A program made the translations under genes and the position numbers. From positions 1 through 42,816 of the IMG/VR virus record IMGVR_UViG_3300045988_147588: DNA of 42,816 bases. One strand, written 5' to 3'. Numbering within the stretch: the first letter of the stretch is position 1; each line of letters begins with the position of its first letter. The notes beneath the pieces were generated by a model. That model was not told the origin of the DNA. It saw nothing but the letters and a program-made list of their open reading frames with translations, and ran no database searches. Source of the DNA: a virus. Of this stretch, positions 28,400 to 38,705 are shown one piece after another.

Positions 28400-29216
28400 A
28401 GACTTCCTCAATTTCTAAAATTGCATTAATTTTATTTCCTGATGTTTCAGTAACTCTAAGCATTGATTCACCTGTAGGAATTACAATAAAAGCTTTATTG
28501 TCAAAATCTATTTTCTGATATAAGTTTTGATACAGCGTATCATCAAGCGTATATTCAGCGATTTCTCTTTCGTTGTCATTAGAATTAATAATCAGTTTGT
28601 GGTTCGACGGTATTTCTACATTCAAACCATTCTTGATCAGCGTTTTTCCATTTTGAGATAAAACCCAATTTGGATTAACGCAGTTTCCAAATAAAGTTAA
28701 TATGCTCGGACATTCTTCTGTACCTTCATTGATAATTCTAAATTCACCACTTGCTGTTTCAACATAAGTATAACCATATGAATAGTTATACTTCTTTATA
28801 TTAGTTGAATCTTCTGTGGCAGTCATTGCTCTTCTAGGAATATACCATTTACTTAATGCAGTAAAATCAATCGCACATGTCAGTAAGCTTGTAGAAGAAC
28901 TAATCTCGCTTTTATCAAGTCGTGTAACAGTACATTTCAGATATGCCCATTCATCTAAAGGTTTATAAGCTAGTTTCAAAGGTTTATATGAGATAAACTT
29001 TGTAAACTCTTTATATTGCTTGTACCCTTTAAAAATCATCTCTCCTGTTACAGCTTTTTGTGATGATTTTTCTTCTGTAATTTCATAGACAGTTCCAATA
29101 TTTGCATATGAATTATCCATTGAAAAACCTAAGCCATCTGGAGAGTTAAAAAAAGCATCTAGGCGCATGAGATTAAACTCTGCGCCTGTGCTATTAATTA
29201 ATTTGAACTGCCTCAT
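28386..29216 (-). CDS. Distal tail protein (Dit)
   Basis: MRQFKLINSTGAEFNLMRL...SPDGLGF N-terminus is typical of Sipho_tail proteins. Lies immediately after the tape measure gene. Confidence 0.75.
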   Translation of the reverse strand: MRQFKLINSTGAEFNLMRLDAFFNSPDGLGFSMDNSYANIGTVYEITEEKSSQKAVTGEMIFKGYKQYKEFTKFISYKPLKLAYKPLDEWAYLKCTVTRLDKSEISSSTSLLTCAIDFTALSKWYIPRRAMTATEDSTNIKKYNYSYGYTYVETASGEFRIINEGTEECPSILTLFGNCVNPNWVLSQNGKTLIKNGLNVEIPSNHKLIINSNDNEREIAEYTLDDTLYQNLYQKIDFDNKAFIVIPTGESMLRVTETSGNKINAILEIEEVYETV

Positions 29217-32200
29217 TAGATTGCACCTCCGAGCAGTCTATCCAAATCACGTGCAACGGATAATCCATCACGTTTTGAATAATTTCCATTAAATGTCAGA
29301 TTTTGTGTTATTTGATGACTTGAGCCACCGCCAAATAATCCAGATACTGCATTTGAGCCATAAATCATATTATCTATAACAGATTTAGAAACATTTTTAG
29401 CCATATCACCTACTGCATCCATTTTCGCCTTTAATCCAACGATTAATCCATCATCCCAAAACATACCTATTTCTTTAGCTAGTTTTGAAGGAGAATTAAC
29501 CTTCATTGAACCTCTTGTTGCTGAATCAATATATCTTCCAACTGAATCAGCTGCACTTTTTACTGCCGCTAATTTTTCTTGGTCTTTTAATCCAGCAATC
29601 AATCCATCTAGCCAATATGATGTAATTTGTTTACCACTATCAAAATTAATAATTTCTTTAGCAGCATTTACCGTCAAATTACTATCTTGATATGTTTCTG
29701 GAACAATATCTTCCGTGAAACCTCTGTTAATTTCTTCTGTTGCTGAATCAGTAAATGGCGTAATAATTTGTGTTCCGCTTGATTGTGCTGCACCAACTAA
29801 ATCTGGATCAATACCTATTTCAGATAATGGACTTAAAATATTTTGTTTCCAAGTATCAACTGTACTTGTTCCAGAATCAGCTATATTTTGATTCACACCA
29901 GCAAGAGATTCATCTATTTGATATCCGATTGCATGTGCTACTTCAGCTGCTTCATTAGTTGAAGTTTCTAAATCGGTATGAATTACTACTCTATTATTTG
30001 GGTCAGCTGTATATCCTTGCAGTTCTGTTATTTGATTAATAACTTCATCTTTTGCCTGTTTAAGCAAATCTGCAACACCTGCATTTTCTGGGTCTACCAT
30101 TTCTTTAAGCAACGCATCGTATGCAGTCCATAATGAGGCTATTTGTTCTTCAGTTGTTAAAGCTGAATTTTCTATTCCATTTGAGAATTCATAGAACTTT
30201 TGAATTGCACCTTCTAAATCACCACTATTAGCAAGATCAATGCTTTCTTCAATGTTTCTCATCACTGAATATGCACTTGCTAACGAATCAGTAACTTTAT
30301 TTAATTCTGTTTGAGCACTTGAGATAGATGTGCCAAACATATTATCAAATATTCCAGCATGTTCTTTGACAAATTCTTCTTTGTCTTCTTGTGCCATATT
30401 AGAGAATTCTTCAAAGCCAACACCATATGCTGCTTTTAAGCCATCCCAATAAGCACTTATCATATCTCCAGCTTTACCAGCTGTGATTTCTATAGTTGCA
30501 TCATCACCAAAATATTTTGATAATTCTTCATTTACTTCTTTTGAAGCAACAGAAATATTAGATTTAGCTTCCGCAAGTTGCTGATACACTTCAGTTAGTT
30601 GCTCATTTAAATTGCCTACAAATTTAGATTTAGTTTGTTCTTCAACTGACTTATGAATAGATGAAGTCAATTCATCATATTTATCAATAACGCCATCAAC
30701 TAAGTTATATTCAATGCCATACGCATTTGATAGTTCACTGAGAATGTACTTAACTCTATCTTCCATTCCATCTTTGACTTTACCATTTGTGTCTACCAAG
30801 CTATCTAATTCATCAATTAATAGTTGACTGCTAGTTAAACTTTCATAGCTGCTTTGAGCACTTTCTGATAGTGATTCCTTAGTAGAATCAATAGATTCAT
30901 TTAACTCATCATATGCATCTCTCAATGCCATTATTTGAGGATGTTCATCTTCCCATTTTGCTTTAGCAATCTCTACAGCTCCTTTCAAAGCTGAATAAAG
31001 TACAATAAGTCCTGAGATAGCAATTCCTGCGCCGCCAAATGCAGTAGTTAAAGTTAATGTTCCAGAATTTAATTCATCAAATACAGCTTTAAGTGCTAAA
31101 GCACCACTGGTAATTTTATCAAATGATGATTTTGCTTTGTTTGCAACCACCATTGATATCATTGTTCTACCGATTGCAGTAAATCCAGCAGACACTTCAT
31201 TTAAGTGTGGCGCTAATGCTTTTAAAGTTTTTGTTAAACCATCAAATATACTTCCAATTTGTTTTCCAAATCTCTTTACAAATAAATTAGCTTCTTTTGT
31301 CTGTAAGAATGAAGTTAACGTTTGAGCCGATTCTCTAAGTGAAGGAGAAACCGACTGATATAAAGTAATACTTAAATCTTCAAAAGTATTATTCAATTTT
31401 TGAGCATCACCATACAAGTTATCTAATCTTTCATTTGCAACTTGTTCTACTGTGCCACTTGCATTAGCTATTTTATTTCCAAGATTTTCCCAATCTTCAG
31501 CACTTGTATTAACAATTGCTGTTAATGCAGTTAATCCTCTTGTACCAGTAACTGTATAAGCAAGTTGAGCTTGTTCTTGAGTGCTCATTCCTTTCATTAC
31601 ATCACGTAATTTAGATAATGTTTCACTTAAATCATTAGCACGACCTTTTGAGTCAAAGAAATGAACGCCTAATTCTTCAAGAACATCATTAGCTTTGCTG
31701 ACATTAGCTGAAATTCGTGTAAGCATAGTTCTTAAAGCAGTACCTGCTTGAGAACCTTTAACACCTTGAGTTGCCATTGTTCCTAATGCCTGTGCTACAT
31801 CTTCTACAGAATAGCCAAATGAACCAGCAACAGATCCAGCATATTTCATTGCCTCACCTAAATCAGTGACATTAGTATTAGTACTTAACGCAGCTTTAGC
31901 AAGTACATCAGAAAAATGTGTTGCTTGACTTGATTTCATACCAAATTCAGCTAATCCATCAACGACAATATCAGACATTGTATTGAATTCTTCACCCATG
32001 CCTTCAGCTAATTGAAGAATAGGTTTAATTGCATTAGATGTTTGTTCAGCATTATAGCCTGCTAAAGCTAACGCTTTAGAAGCATTATTTATTTTTGTAG
32101 CAGAATTTTCACTATTTAATCCTAATGAACGGAATTTATCTTCTAATGAGTTAAATTCAGAACTCGAAACATCACCATACATGGCTTTTAAACTGCTTGA

Positions 32201-33874
32201 TGCATCATCAAACGCAGAGCCAGTGCTATATACTTTACTTGCTAATTTTCGTAATTCTGTAACGCCTCTTCTTATAGCCATTGCAGCTAGATTCCCAAGC
32301 GCAACAGTCCACGAATTAATTGATGTTAGAGACTTATCAAAAGATCCAGATACTTCATTAGTTGATGAACTTAAATTTAAGTTTTCATTTGCAAGAGTTC
32401 TAACTGCTTGTTGAGCTTCAGCATTTGTTCCATTCAAATTCTGTTGTAATTCATTTAATCGTTGAATACTTTGTTCTGCTTCAGCTAGTTTAAGTTTAAG
32501 TTCTGCCACTTCTTCAGCAGTATTTGCATAATTTGAATTTTGCTTTTCTTCAATTGCTTGATTCAATTCTTCGATATACAACCGTGTTTCATCAGATTCT
32601 TTTTCTAAAAGCTTTAATAATTCTGTTGTATCTTCAAATCCACGAGGATTAAGGACCATAGCTTTTGCAAGAGAATACATAGCAGTTTCTGTAGTCTTTA
32701 TTGCTGATCGTGAATTTTGTAAATTGATTGTTAGCTGTTTAGAAGTTGTCCCTAATGTCTTATATGAAGTAGAAAATGCAGAAATTGAAGTTGAATATGT
32801 TTCAGCACCTTGTGCTGTCTGCATCATTTCTTCACGCACTGGACTTAATGAATTACTATAAACAATTGCTGCTGCATTTGCTGTTTCTAAAGCTTCTTTC
32901 GCTTTTGCCAGTTCTGCTGCCAATTCAGCAACTTCAGGATTTGTATAATCAAGTCCTTGTGATAATTTAGCTTGTAATGCTTCTGATAATTGTTCTACTT
33001 TACCACGTGCTGCATCTACTGCCGCGTCCATTAAATCCATTTTTGCAGCAATCAAATCGAGATTTCTTGGATCTATTTCTAACGCAGTATCAAGATTACG
33101 TACAGTATTTTCTAATGTTGTAAATCTATTAGCAAATGCATCCGCATGTTCTCTAGCCTGTGAAAAGCCAGTAGCAACATTTGCAAGCTCCATAACGTAG
33201 TTATCTAAAGATAATTTAGAATCATCTACATTTTTTTGCATTAAGCCAATTTTAGAAGCTAATTCCGTAATAACTGGATTTGCTAAGCTTGCTCCTTCTG
33301 CAAGTCGTAGCTGCATTTCTTCGCGTAACATCTCTAAAGAATCACGTGCAGATTGAGCTGATGTTTGCAATAATTGCATTTTTACAGCAGATGTTTCTAC
33401 TGTAGATGGATCAAACTTAAAAGCAGTATTTACTTCTTCAATCTGTCTATTTGCCTGTGCAAAGTTATTAGCAAATTCCTTTGCATATTCTGAAGCCGCA
33501 GAAATTCCACTAGTTAATTCATTTAAACGTGTTGTAGCTTCTTCTGCTTGTTTCTTTGATTCAGATAGCTTTTGTGCAAGTAATGCATATGAATGAAGAT
33601 TATCATCTGATATGCCTTCATTTTCCATAGCTTTCATTGCCAAGCTTAACTGATTTACTACTTTTTCAGCTTCACTTGCTGAAGATTGCATTGCTAGTAG
33701 TTTCGTTGAATATGAAACAAGTGGAGTACCATCAATATCAAATGCTTTACTGATATTATTGATGTCTTTTTCGAATTTTTTAAATTCTTGTTTTAGACTA
33801 TTGATTTGTCTTGAAATGGTGCTGGTATTTGCTTCAATATTAATGACTAAGCCTTTAGTTTGTTTATCTGCCAT
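29216..33874 (-). CDS. Tape measure protein (1552 aa)
   Basis: Length, coiled-coil-rich sequence, hydrophobic central segment, position after the chaperone pair. Confidence 0.9.
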   Translation of the reverse strand: MADKQTKGLVINIEANTSTISRQINSLKQEFKKFEKDINNISKAFDIDGTPLVSYSTKLLAMQSSASEAEKVVNQLSLAMKAMENEGISDDNLHSYALLAQKLSESKKQAEEATTRLNELTSGISAASEYAKEFANNFAQANRQIEEVNTAFKFDPSTVETSAVKMQLLQTSAQSARDSLEMLREEMQLRLAEGASLANPVITELASKIGLMQKNVDDSKLSLDNYVMELANVATGFSQAREHADAFANRFTTLENTVRNLDTALEIDPRNLDLIAAKMDLMDAAVDAARGKVEQLSEALQAKLSQGLDYTNPEVAELAAELAKAKEALETANAAAIVYSNSLSPVREEMMQTAQGAETYSTSISAFSTSYKTLGTTSKQLTINLQNSRSAIKTTETAMYSLAKAMVLNPRGFEDTTELLKLLEKESDETRLYIEELNQAIEEKQNSNYANTAEEVAELKLKLAEAEQSIQRLNELQQNLNGTNAEAQQAVRTLANENLNLSSSTNEVSGSFDKSLTSINSWTVALGNLAAMAIRRGVTELRKLASKVYSTGSAFDDASSSLKAMYGDVSSSEFNSLEDKFRSLGLNSENSATKINNASKALALAGYNAEQTSNAIKPILQLAEGMGEEFNTMSDIVVDGLAEFGMKSSQATHFSDVLAKAALSTNTNVTDLGEAMKYAGSVAGSFGYSVEDVAQALGTMATQGVKGSQAGTALRTMLTRISANVSKANDVLEELGVHFFDSKGRANDLSETLSKLRDVMKGMSTQEQAQLAYTVTGTRGLTALTAIVNTSAEDWENLGNKIANASGTVEQVANERLDNLYGDAQKLNNTFEDLSITLYQSVSPSLRESAQTLTSFLQTKEANLFVKRFGKQIGSIFDGLTKTLKALAPHLNEVSAGFTAIGRTMISMVVANKAKSSFDKITSGALALKAVFDELNSGTLTLTTAFGGAGIAISGLIVLYSALKGAVEIAKAKWEDEHPQIMALRDAYDELNESIDSTKESLSESAQSSYESLTSSQLLIDELDSLVDTNGKVKDGMEDRVKYILSELSNAYGIEYNLVDGVIDKYDELTSSIHKSVEEQTKSKFVGNLNEQLTEVYQQLAEAKSNISVASKEVNEELSKYFGDDATIEITAGKAGDMISAYWDGLKAAYGVGFEEFSNMAQEDKEEFVKEHAGIFDNMFGTSISSAQTELNKVTDSLASAYSVMRNIEESIDLANSGDLEGAIQKFYEFSNGIENSALTTEEQIASLWTAYDALLKEMVDPENAGVADLLKQAKDEVINQITELQGYTADPNNRVVIHTDLETSTNEAAEVAHAIGYQIDESLAGVNQNIADSGTSTVDTWKQNILSPLSEIGIDPDLVGAAQSSGTQIITPFTDSATEEINRGFTEDIVPETYQDSNLTVNAAKEIINFDSGKQITSYWLDGLIAGLKDQEKLAAVKSAADSVGRYIDSATRGSMKVNSPSKLAKEIGMFWDDGLIVGLKAKMDAVGDMAKNVSKSVIDNMIYGSNAVSGLFGGGSSHQITQNLTFNGNYSKRDGLSVARDLDRLLGGAI

Positions 33875-33893
33875 TATGCACCACCTTTTCTAT

Positions 33894-34477
33894 TTACATA
33901 GCGAGAGCATCTATATCAGCCTGTGTTGCTTTACGCGTATCTTTTCCACTAGCTTTTGCTTTCGCTTTCTTTTCTGCTTTATTAGTTAATTCAACCTTTG
34001 TGTTAATCAAATTTAAAAGCGTACCTATTGTGAAATACCGCAAATCACTTACAGATATTCCAATTGATAGGCACGCTAGTAAAAATTCATCAGAAGTTAT
34101 TTTTTCTTGACTGTCGATGTTTTCTTTTTTTTACTATCATCGTCTTTTTCTTCATTATCTTTTTGTCCGATATTCATTGTTTCGTTTACTTCTGCCATAA
34201 TTGCATAAACGATTTTTTCATCATTAAGTTCAGATAATTTTAGAATAGAAGATAAGAATTCATTATATGATTTGAAAACTTCTGAATTTGCAGTTTTCGC
34301 AAAAATATAGAATAGTTTCGAAATATTCGTGAATTCAATCTTTCCTCTGCTTGAATTAGCATAGAAACGTTCAAATTCTTGAAATAAGTCTGTATGAAAT
34401 TCATTTACAAATAAACGAATTGTATCTCCTGAACAATAAATAGTAATATCTTGATTTTTCCATTTAACAGTTTGCAT
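33894..34477 (-). CDS. Tail assembly chaperone -1 frameshift product (G-T-like, about 194 aa)
   Basis: GAAAAAA at 34100-34106. The -1 frame continues ITSDEFLLACLSIGISVSDLRYFTIG...DIDALAM to the stop at 33894-33896. That frame has no own start codon. Confidence 0.65.
34097..34477 (-). CDS. Tail assembly chaperone (G-like, 126 aa)
   Basis: Lies between the major tail protein and the tape measure gene. Ends in a K-rich tail with an A6 slippery run. Confidence 0.75.
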   Translation of the reverse strand: MQTVKWKNQDITIYCSGDTIRLFVNEFHTDLFQEFERFYANSSRGKIEFTNISKLFYIFAKTANSEVFKSYNEFLSSILKLSELNDEKIVYAIMAEVNETMNIGQKDNEEKDDDSKKKKTSTVKKK

Positions 34478-34570
34478 GGTTAATTTTCTCCTTTTCTGAT
34501 TTTCTTTTTTCTTGTCCTTACTGGACTAGTATTTATTTCTTGTGAAACAGAATAATAGCTGATAGTGCTA

Positions 34571-35134
34571 TTATTCTGCTTTAAATGAGGGTACAGCCAC
34601 CGTAGTAAATGCATCTGCGTATCCTGTATCCTCTGCTTCTAGAACACGTTTAAATACTTGTCTGTCACCTACTGTTTCACCAGCGCATGTAACGCTAATA
34701 GTAGATGTTTGAGGTGTAATATCACCATCAACAGTTGCATATTCTTCTGAAGATTCAGCAAGTGTGCAGTTATAATAAATAAATTTTCTAGCTTTTCCAT
34801 CTGTTTCTACTTGGAACATAAGAGCGCAGTTAGCAAGATCTAAGCTATTCGTTTCTAAAATGCCACCTTCTTTTGCTTCTTTATAACCTAAGTAGTCAAG
34901 AAGAATCTGTCTTGGAATATCAGCTAATTCTAAGTCACCGCCTTCAGATGTTTTAGCTTTAGCATTGTAATAAAGAATGTTATCGGCATAGAAAGTAATT
35001 TCTGACTGTTCTTTATCAACAGAGAAATTAACTGCGCCTGGCAACTTTACAGGTGTGGCATATGTAACACCTGAATCTGATACTGTTCTTTTTGAAACAG
35101 CAACATTGGATAAACCGTATTTAATTTTTGACAT
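34571..35134 (-). CDS. Major tail protein (187 aa)
   Basis: MSKIKYGLSNVAVSKRT...PGAVNFSV pattern of phi13/TP901-type major tail proteins. Position fits. Confidence 0.8.
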   Translation of the reverse strand: MSKIKYGLSNVAVSKRTVSDSGVTYATPVKLPGAVNFSVDKEQSEITFYADNILYYNAKAKTSEGGDLELADIPRQILLDYLGYKEAKEGGILETNSLDLANCALMFQVETDGKARKFIYYNCTLAESSEEYATVDGDITPQTSTISVTCAGETVGDRQVFKRVLEAEDTGYADAFTTVAVPSFKAE

Positions 35135-35152
35135 CTTCTTTTTCCTTTCTGT

Positions 35153-35632
35153 CTATTTAACTCCAGCCTTTTTCAAAATTTCATCAATACCTTCTTCAAA
35201 TTCCTTTATCATGGCATCTTCTTCAAATCCCCATAGATTAAATCCATAGGTTAGATTTGTTCCTTTACCTGTTTCACCTTTACTTGAAACAGAATTTCCA
35301 TGTGTACCATGCTTGTTTTTGTAAAATTTGCCTTTGTTTTTATTGCGGATTCTGTGTCCATCCTCAAGCAAATGAGACAATGGATATTTCTTATTCCATA
35401 GTTTTGCACCATACGAACCGAGATATCCTTCAAGTGGAATTGTTGTAAAGCCGTTTATATATACTGGTTTTTTACCTTTTGTGATTTGAATTTCATCTTT
35501 AAATTCATCACGAAGTATTTTTTTATGTTTGTCACATATTTCAATTGCGAGTTTTTCAGCATCCGCACCAATTTCATCAAGAGGTGCAATGATGTCATTT
35601 ATTTGCGACATTATGTCAATCTTTCTTGCCAT
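35153..35632 (-). CDS. HK97 gp10-like tail-completion protein (159 aa)
   Basis: ATG at 35632 (MARKIDIMSQ...). PLSHLLEDGH motif. Confidence 0.6.
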   Translation of the reverse strand: MARKIDIMSQINDIIAPLDEIGADAEKLAIEICDKHKKILRDEFKDEIQITKGKKPVYINGFTTIPLEGYLGSYGAKLWNKKYPLSHLLEDGHRIRNKNKGKFYKNKHGTHGNSVSSKGETGKGTNLTYGFNLWGFEEDAMIKEFEEGIDEILKKAGVK

Positions 35633-35984
35633 AGAAAAACCTCGCTGTATATTCCGTTTGAAATAGCTGAATATCTGAATACCAGTCTGTGTCTTTGCTG
35701 AACGGTATTCCGTTTTCAACAAAAAAACGCTCAATAGCTTCTTCAACTGTTGAACGTTTTGAATTTCTTGAATCTTGCCCTTGATATACTAATAGATTTA
35801 CGCTGATATAAACGCTTTTAACGTATACTGAATCATCTGCCCAAACATTACTATCATTCACTTCAGCAACAATAATATATGGTGCTTTAATCAAACCTTT
35901 TGGTGTTCGATACTCATAAACATCTACTGATGTTGCTTCTTTTAAAGAATCCCTTATTTCATCTAAATCAATCCATAGTTTCAT
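35616..35984 (-). CDS. Neck / tail-completion protein (122 aa)
   Basis: ATG at 35984 (MKLWIDLDEI...). Position in the neck module. Confidence 0.55.
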   Translation of the reverse strand: MKLWIDLDEIRDSLKEATSVDVYEYRTPKGLIKAPYIIVAEVNDSNVWADDSVYVKSVYISVNLLVYQGQDSRNSKRSTVEEAIERFFVENGIPFSKDTDWYSDIQLFQTEYTARFFYGKKD

Positions 35985-36333
35985 AAGGAATTGTTGTCCT
36001 TTCAAGATAGACTTTGTACCATACAGGTCTTGCATAGTCTTGATATTGAGCATGTGTAACGATGTATTCATCTTCACCAATAACCGCTATATCCCCATGT
36101 TCAATGACTGTACCACCAGAAGGAATACCAATCGCACGAGTAACTGTTGCATTATTTTGCTGTGCCTTCAAAAAAGAATCTAAAGAAATTGATTCATCAG
36201 AGAAATAATATTTTTCTTTTACTTTTCCTTTAACTCTTTCATCAGCATTGTAAAAATACACAATACCAGCATTAAACGATTTTTCTCTATCTCGTAGATT
36301 TCGATTATCGAATGTATAGTTACTGTTCAGCAT
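35968..36333 (-). CDS. Head-tail adaptor / head-closure protein (121 aa)
   Basis: Position after the connector. Beta-rich small protein. Confidence 0.6.
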   Translation of the reverse strand: MLNSNYTFDNRNLRDREKSFNAGIVYFYNADERVKGKVKEKYYFSDESISLDSFLKAQQNNATVTRAIGIPSGGTVIEHGDIAVIGEDEYIVTHAQYQDYARPVWYKVYLERTTIPYETMD

Positions 36334-36655
36334 GAGATCTTACCTGTCCATATCTATATAATTTGAGTAATTCACTAGTATAGTTTGATTCGAAATCATC
36401 AAGAGCTTTTTCATTCATATAAAACACACGAGGCAATAGAAGTTCGTATGCAAGATTTTCAGCATTTGCATATTTACTATTTGGATCAATATCCACAAAA
36501 GATAAAGAGTATCCGTAGATACTCTCTAGCTTTGCAATAGATGATTTGATGAATAGTTTTAATTGAGCTTCTTTCGCTTCGTCATGCCATGTGATGTTAA
36601 GGTATGTTTTAACATCTGATAATAGCTTAATCATGTTTTCATCTGTTAATTCCAT
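36320..36655 (-). CDS. gp6-like head-tail connector (111 aa)
   Basis: LLSDVKTYLNITWHDEAKEAQLKLFIKSSIAKLE pattern. Follows the capsid gene. Confidence 0.7.
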   Translation of the reverse strand: MELTDENMIKLLSDVKTYLNITWHDEAKEAQLKLFIKSSIAKLESIYGYSLSFVDIDPNSKYANAENLAYELLLPRVFYMNEKALDDFESNYTSELLKLYRYGQVRSHAEQ

Positions 36656-36668
36656 ACCTTAATCCTCC

Positions 36669-37820
36669 TTATTTCTTTTGTGCTCTTGTAGGCATTGCTG
36701 CTTCTACTAATCCGCTAATGTCCGCATAAATAAATGACACATCATCTTTTGGTGTACCATATGCAACACATCTAGCTTTATATGTGCGAACATCACTTAG
36801 GAATTTGAAGTGGTCGGAATATTGAATCTTTCCATTCTTACCGAATCCAATTGTTGCAAAATAGTTTTCACAAACACCGAATACAGCTTTTCCTGAAGCA
36901 ACTGCACATGATTCAATTACGTTAATTGGAACGTTTGATTTAACAACTTGTCCATTTTGATTTGTATAGAATAATGCTGGATATACTTTTCCCCAATAGT
37001 CTACAGGGTTAACAATCATATCAATTACACCAACAGTTCTCTTTCCACCGTTAGTTAAAGCAGCAGCAATTTTTCCTACAGTTGTTGTTGATAAATCAGT
37101 TAATGTGTAATCAGTTGTTTCTTTGTCAACTGCTGGACGTGTCTGGCTCTTAACATTTACTGTTTTAATCATTCCTACTGGTTTATTCTGACCGTCACCA
37201 TTGATAATTGCATCTTCAAGTTTACGTGCAATAATTTCAGCTAAATATTCAACTACGAACTGGTCTAACCATGTTAAACCTAATTCAATCATTGTAATTG
37301 GAACTGGAATCCATGTGCTTAATTTAAATTGACTGAATTCAATTTTAGTGAATGCTGCTTTAGCACCTGTAACGATTTCATCATTTAAATCACCCCAAGC
37401 CCCAGCATAATCTAAATCTTCAGCTAAAATCCACTCTGTTATTCCTTTAGAATCTACAAAGTTGATTTTTTGTAATAGTGGGTGAGCTACTTTTAATTCA
37501 TCGAATACACGATTAGAAGTTGTTACTGGAAGAGCAACTGTAGTATTTGTTAATCCCGCTTCACCTTTAGCCATAGAAACTAATGTTTCATAGAATTTTG
37601 TTTCTTCAGAAGTTAAAGCATGAATCCCTCTTGATTCAAGTATTGCTGTATCAGTAATTGCTTTATATTCTTCATACTTTTCTAATACAGAGTTTGTAAC
37701 GCTTTCTTGGATTTGTGTTGACATTGTTTCAAATGCTTTATCAATGAAACCACTTGTGTCACCTTTTTGGATTGCTTCTGTCATTTGAGACTTTGCGCCG
37801 TTAATTGCATCTAAATTCAT
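36669..37820 (-). CDS. Major capsid protein, HK97 type (383 aa)
   Basis: Size, position after the protease, HK97-family-like sequence. Confidence 0.85.
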   Translation of the reverse strand: MNLDAINGAKSQMTEAIQKGDTSGFIDKAFETMSTQIQESVTNSVLEKYEEYKAITDTAILESRGIHALTSEETKFYETLVSMAKGEAGLTNTTVALPVTTSNRVFDELKVAHPLLQKINFVDSKGITEWILAEDLDYAGAWGDLNDEIVTGAKAAFTKIEFSQFKLSTWIPVPITMIELGLTWLDQFVVEYLAEIIARKLEDAIINGDGQNKPVGMIKTVNVKSQTRPAVDKETTDYTLTDLSTTTVGKIAAALTNGGKRTVGVIDMIVNPVDYWGKVYPALFYTNQNGQVVKSNVPINVIESCAVASGKAVFGVCENYFATIGFGKNGKIQYSDHFKFLSDVRTYKARCVAYGTPKDDVSFIYADISGLVEAAMPTRAQKK

Positions 37821-37844
37821 TTTTCTTTTATCCTTTCTTTTTCT

Positions 37845-38705
37845 TCAGGCCACATGAAAAAAACTCCGTAACGCGTTTTCTTTAACTTGTTCTACAGAGT
37901 TCTTAATTTCTTCTTTTGTGTATGCCTTATTTTGTGGAATATCTTCAATCTTTTTCGTTTCGTTGACATTGCCCATTTCGTTGACTGTCTCCACCTCTTT
38001 GGTTTCTTTGACTGTCTCATGTGGTTCTGTCTCCACTTCAATAGAACGAATGCATTCCTGTATAGCTCTAAGTTGTTTTAACTTAGCGTTATAAATTTTT
38101 GTTTGTTGCTCTAATGCTTCTTCAACTAATTCATCAGTTTTTTCATTATCATCAACAATTTTTGTACACAATCCTTTATCTAAACATTCTTGTGCTGTTA
38201 AATATGTTTCTTCATCTAGTAATTTACGTAATTCTTTTTCACTTCCATTAAATTTTGACATATATGCTGCAATTCCTAGTTCATTGATTTTATCTAAATC
38301 ATCAGCTTGTTTTCGTAATTCTCTAGCATTTCCGACTGCCATTGACCAACAATTATGAACCATCATCATTGATGTTTTAGGCATATAAATTGCATTACCT
38401 GCCATTGCAATTACAGAAGCAATAGAACAAGCTAAACCATCAATATATACTCGTTTATATGCTTTATTTCTCTTTAATTTGTTGTAGATTGTAATCCCTT
38501 CTGATACATCACCACCAGGTGAATTAATATAAATATCAATCAAATTTGCATCTTTGTTTTTTTCTAACAACCTATCAAGTTCAGCCACGTTGTGCATTTG
38601 GCCTTCGGTTTTTTCACCATTCTCTGAATCATAAAAAGAAGACTTTCTTACATTTGTATATAACTTTAAAGTTAGCTTCTTTTCTTCCTGTAATGCCTCA
38701 ATCAT
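37845..38705 (-). CDS. ClpP-like prohead protease with C-terminal scaffold-like region
   Basis: INSPGGDV, CSIASVIAMAG, MMVHN motifs. Probable start at 38705 (MIEALQEEKK). Track ORF extends to 38867. Confidence 0.8.
   Translation of the reverse strand: MIEALQEEKKLTLKLYTNVRKSSFYDSENGEKTEGQMHNVAELDRLLEKNKDANLIDIYINSPGGDVSEGITIYNKLKRNKAYKRVYIDGLACSIASVIAMAGNAIYMPKTSMMMVHNCWSMAVGNARELRKQADDLDKINELGIAAYMSKFNGSEKELRKLLDEETYLTAQECLDKGLCTKIVDDNEKTDELVEEALEQQTKIYNAKLKQLRAIQECIRSIEVETEPHETVKETKEVETVNEMGNVNETKKIEDIPQNKAYTKEEIKNSVEQVKENALRSFFHVA

Noticed and set aside
29770-33989. Several 60-77-aa + strand ORFs inside or next to the tape measure gene (29770, 31137, 32181, 32776, 33759)
   Set aside because: All are antisense to a 1552-aa gene with clear coding character. 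None has a ribosome-binding site.
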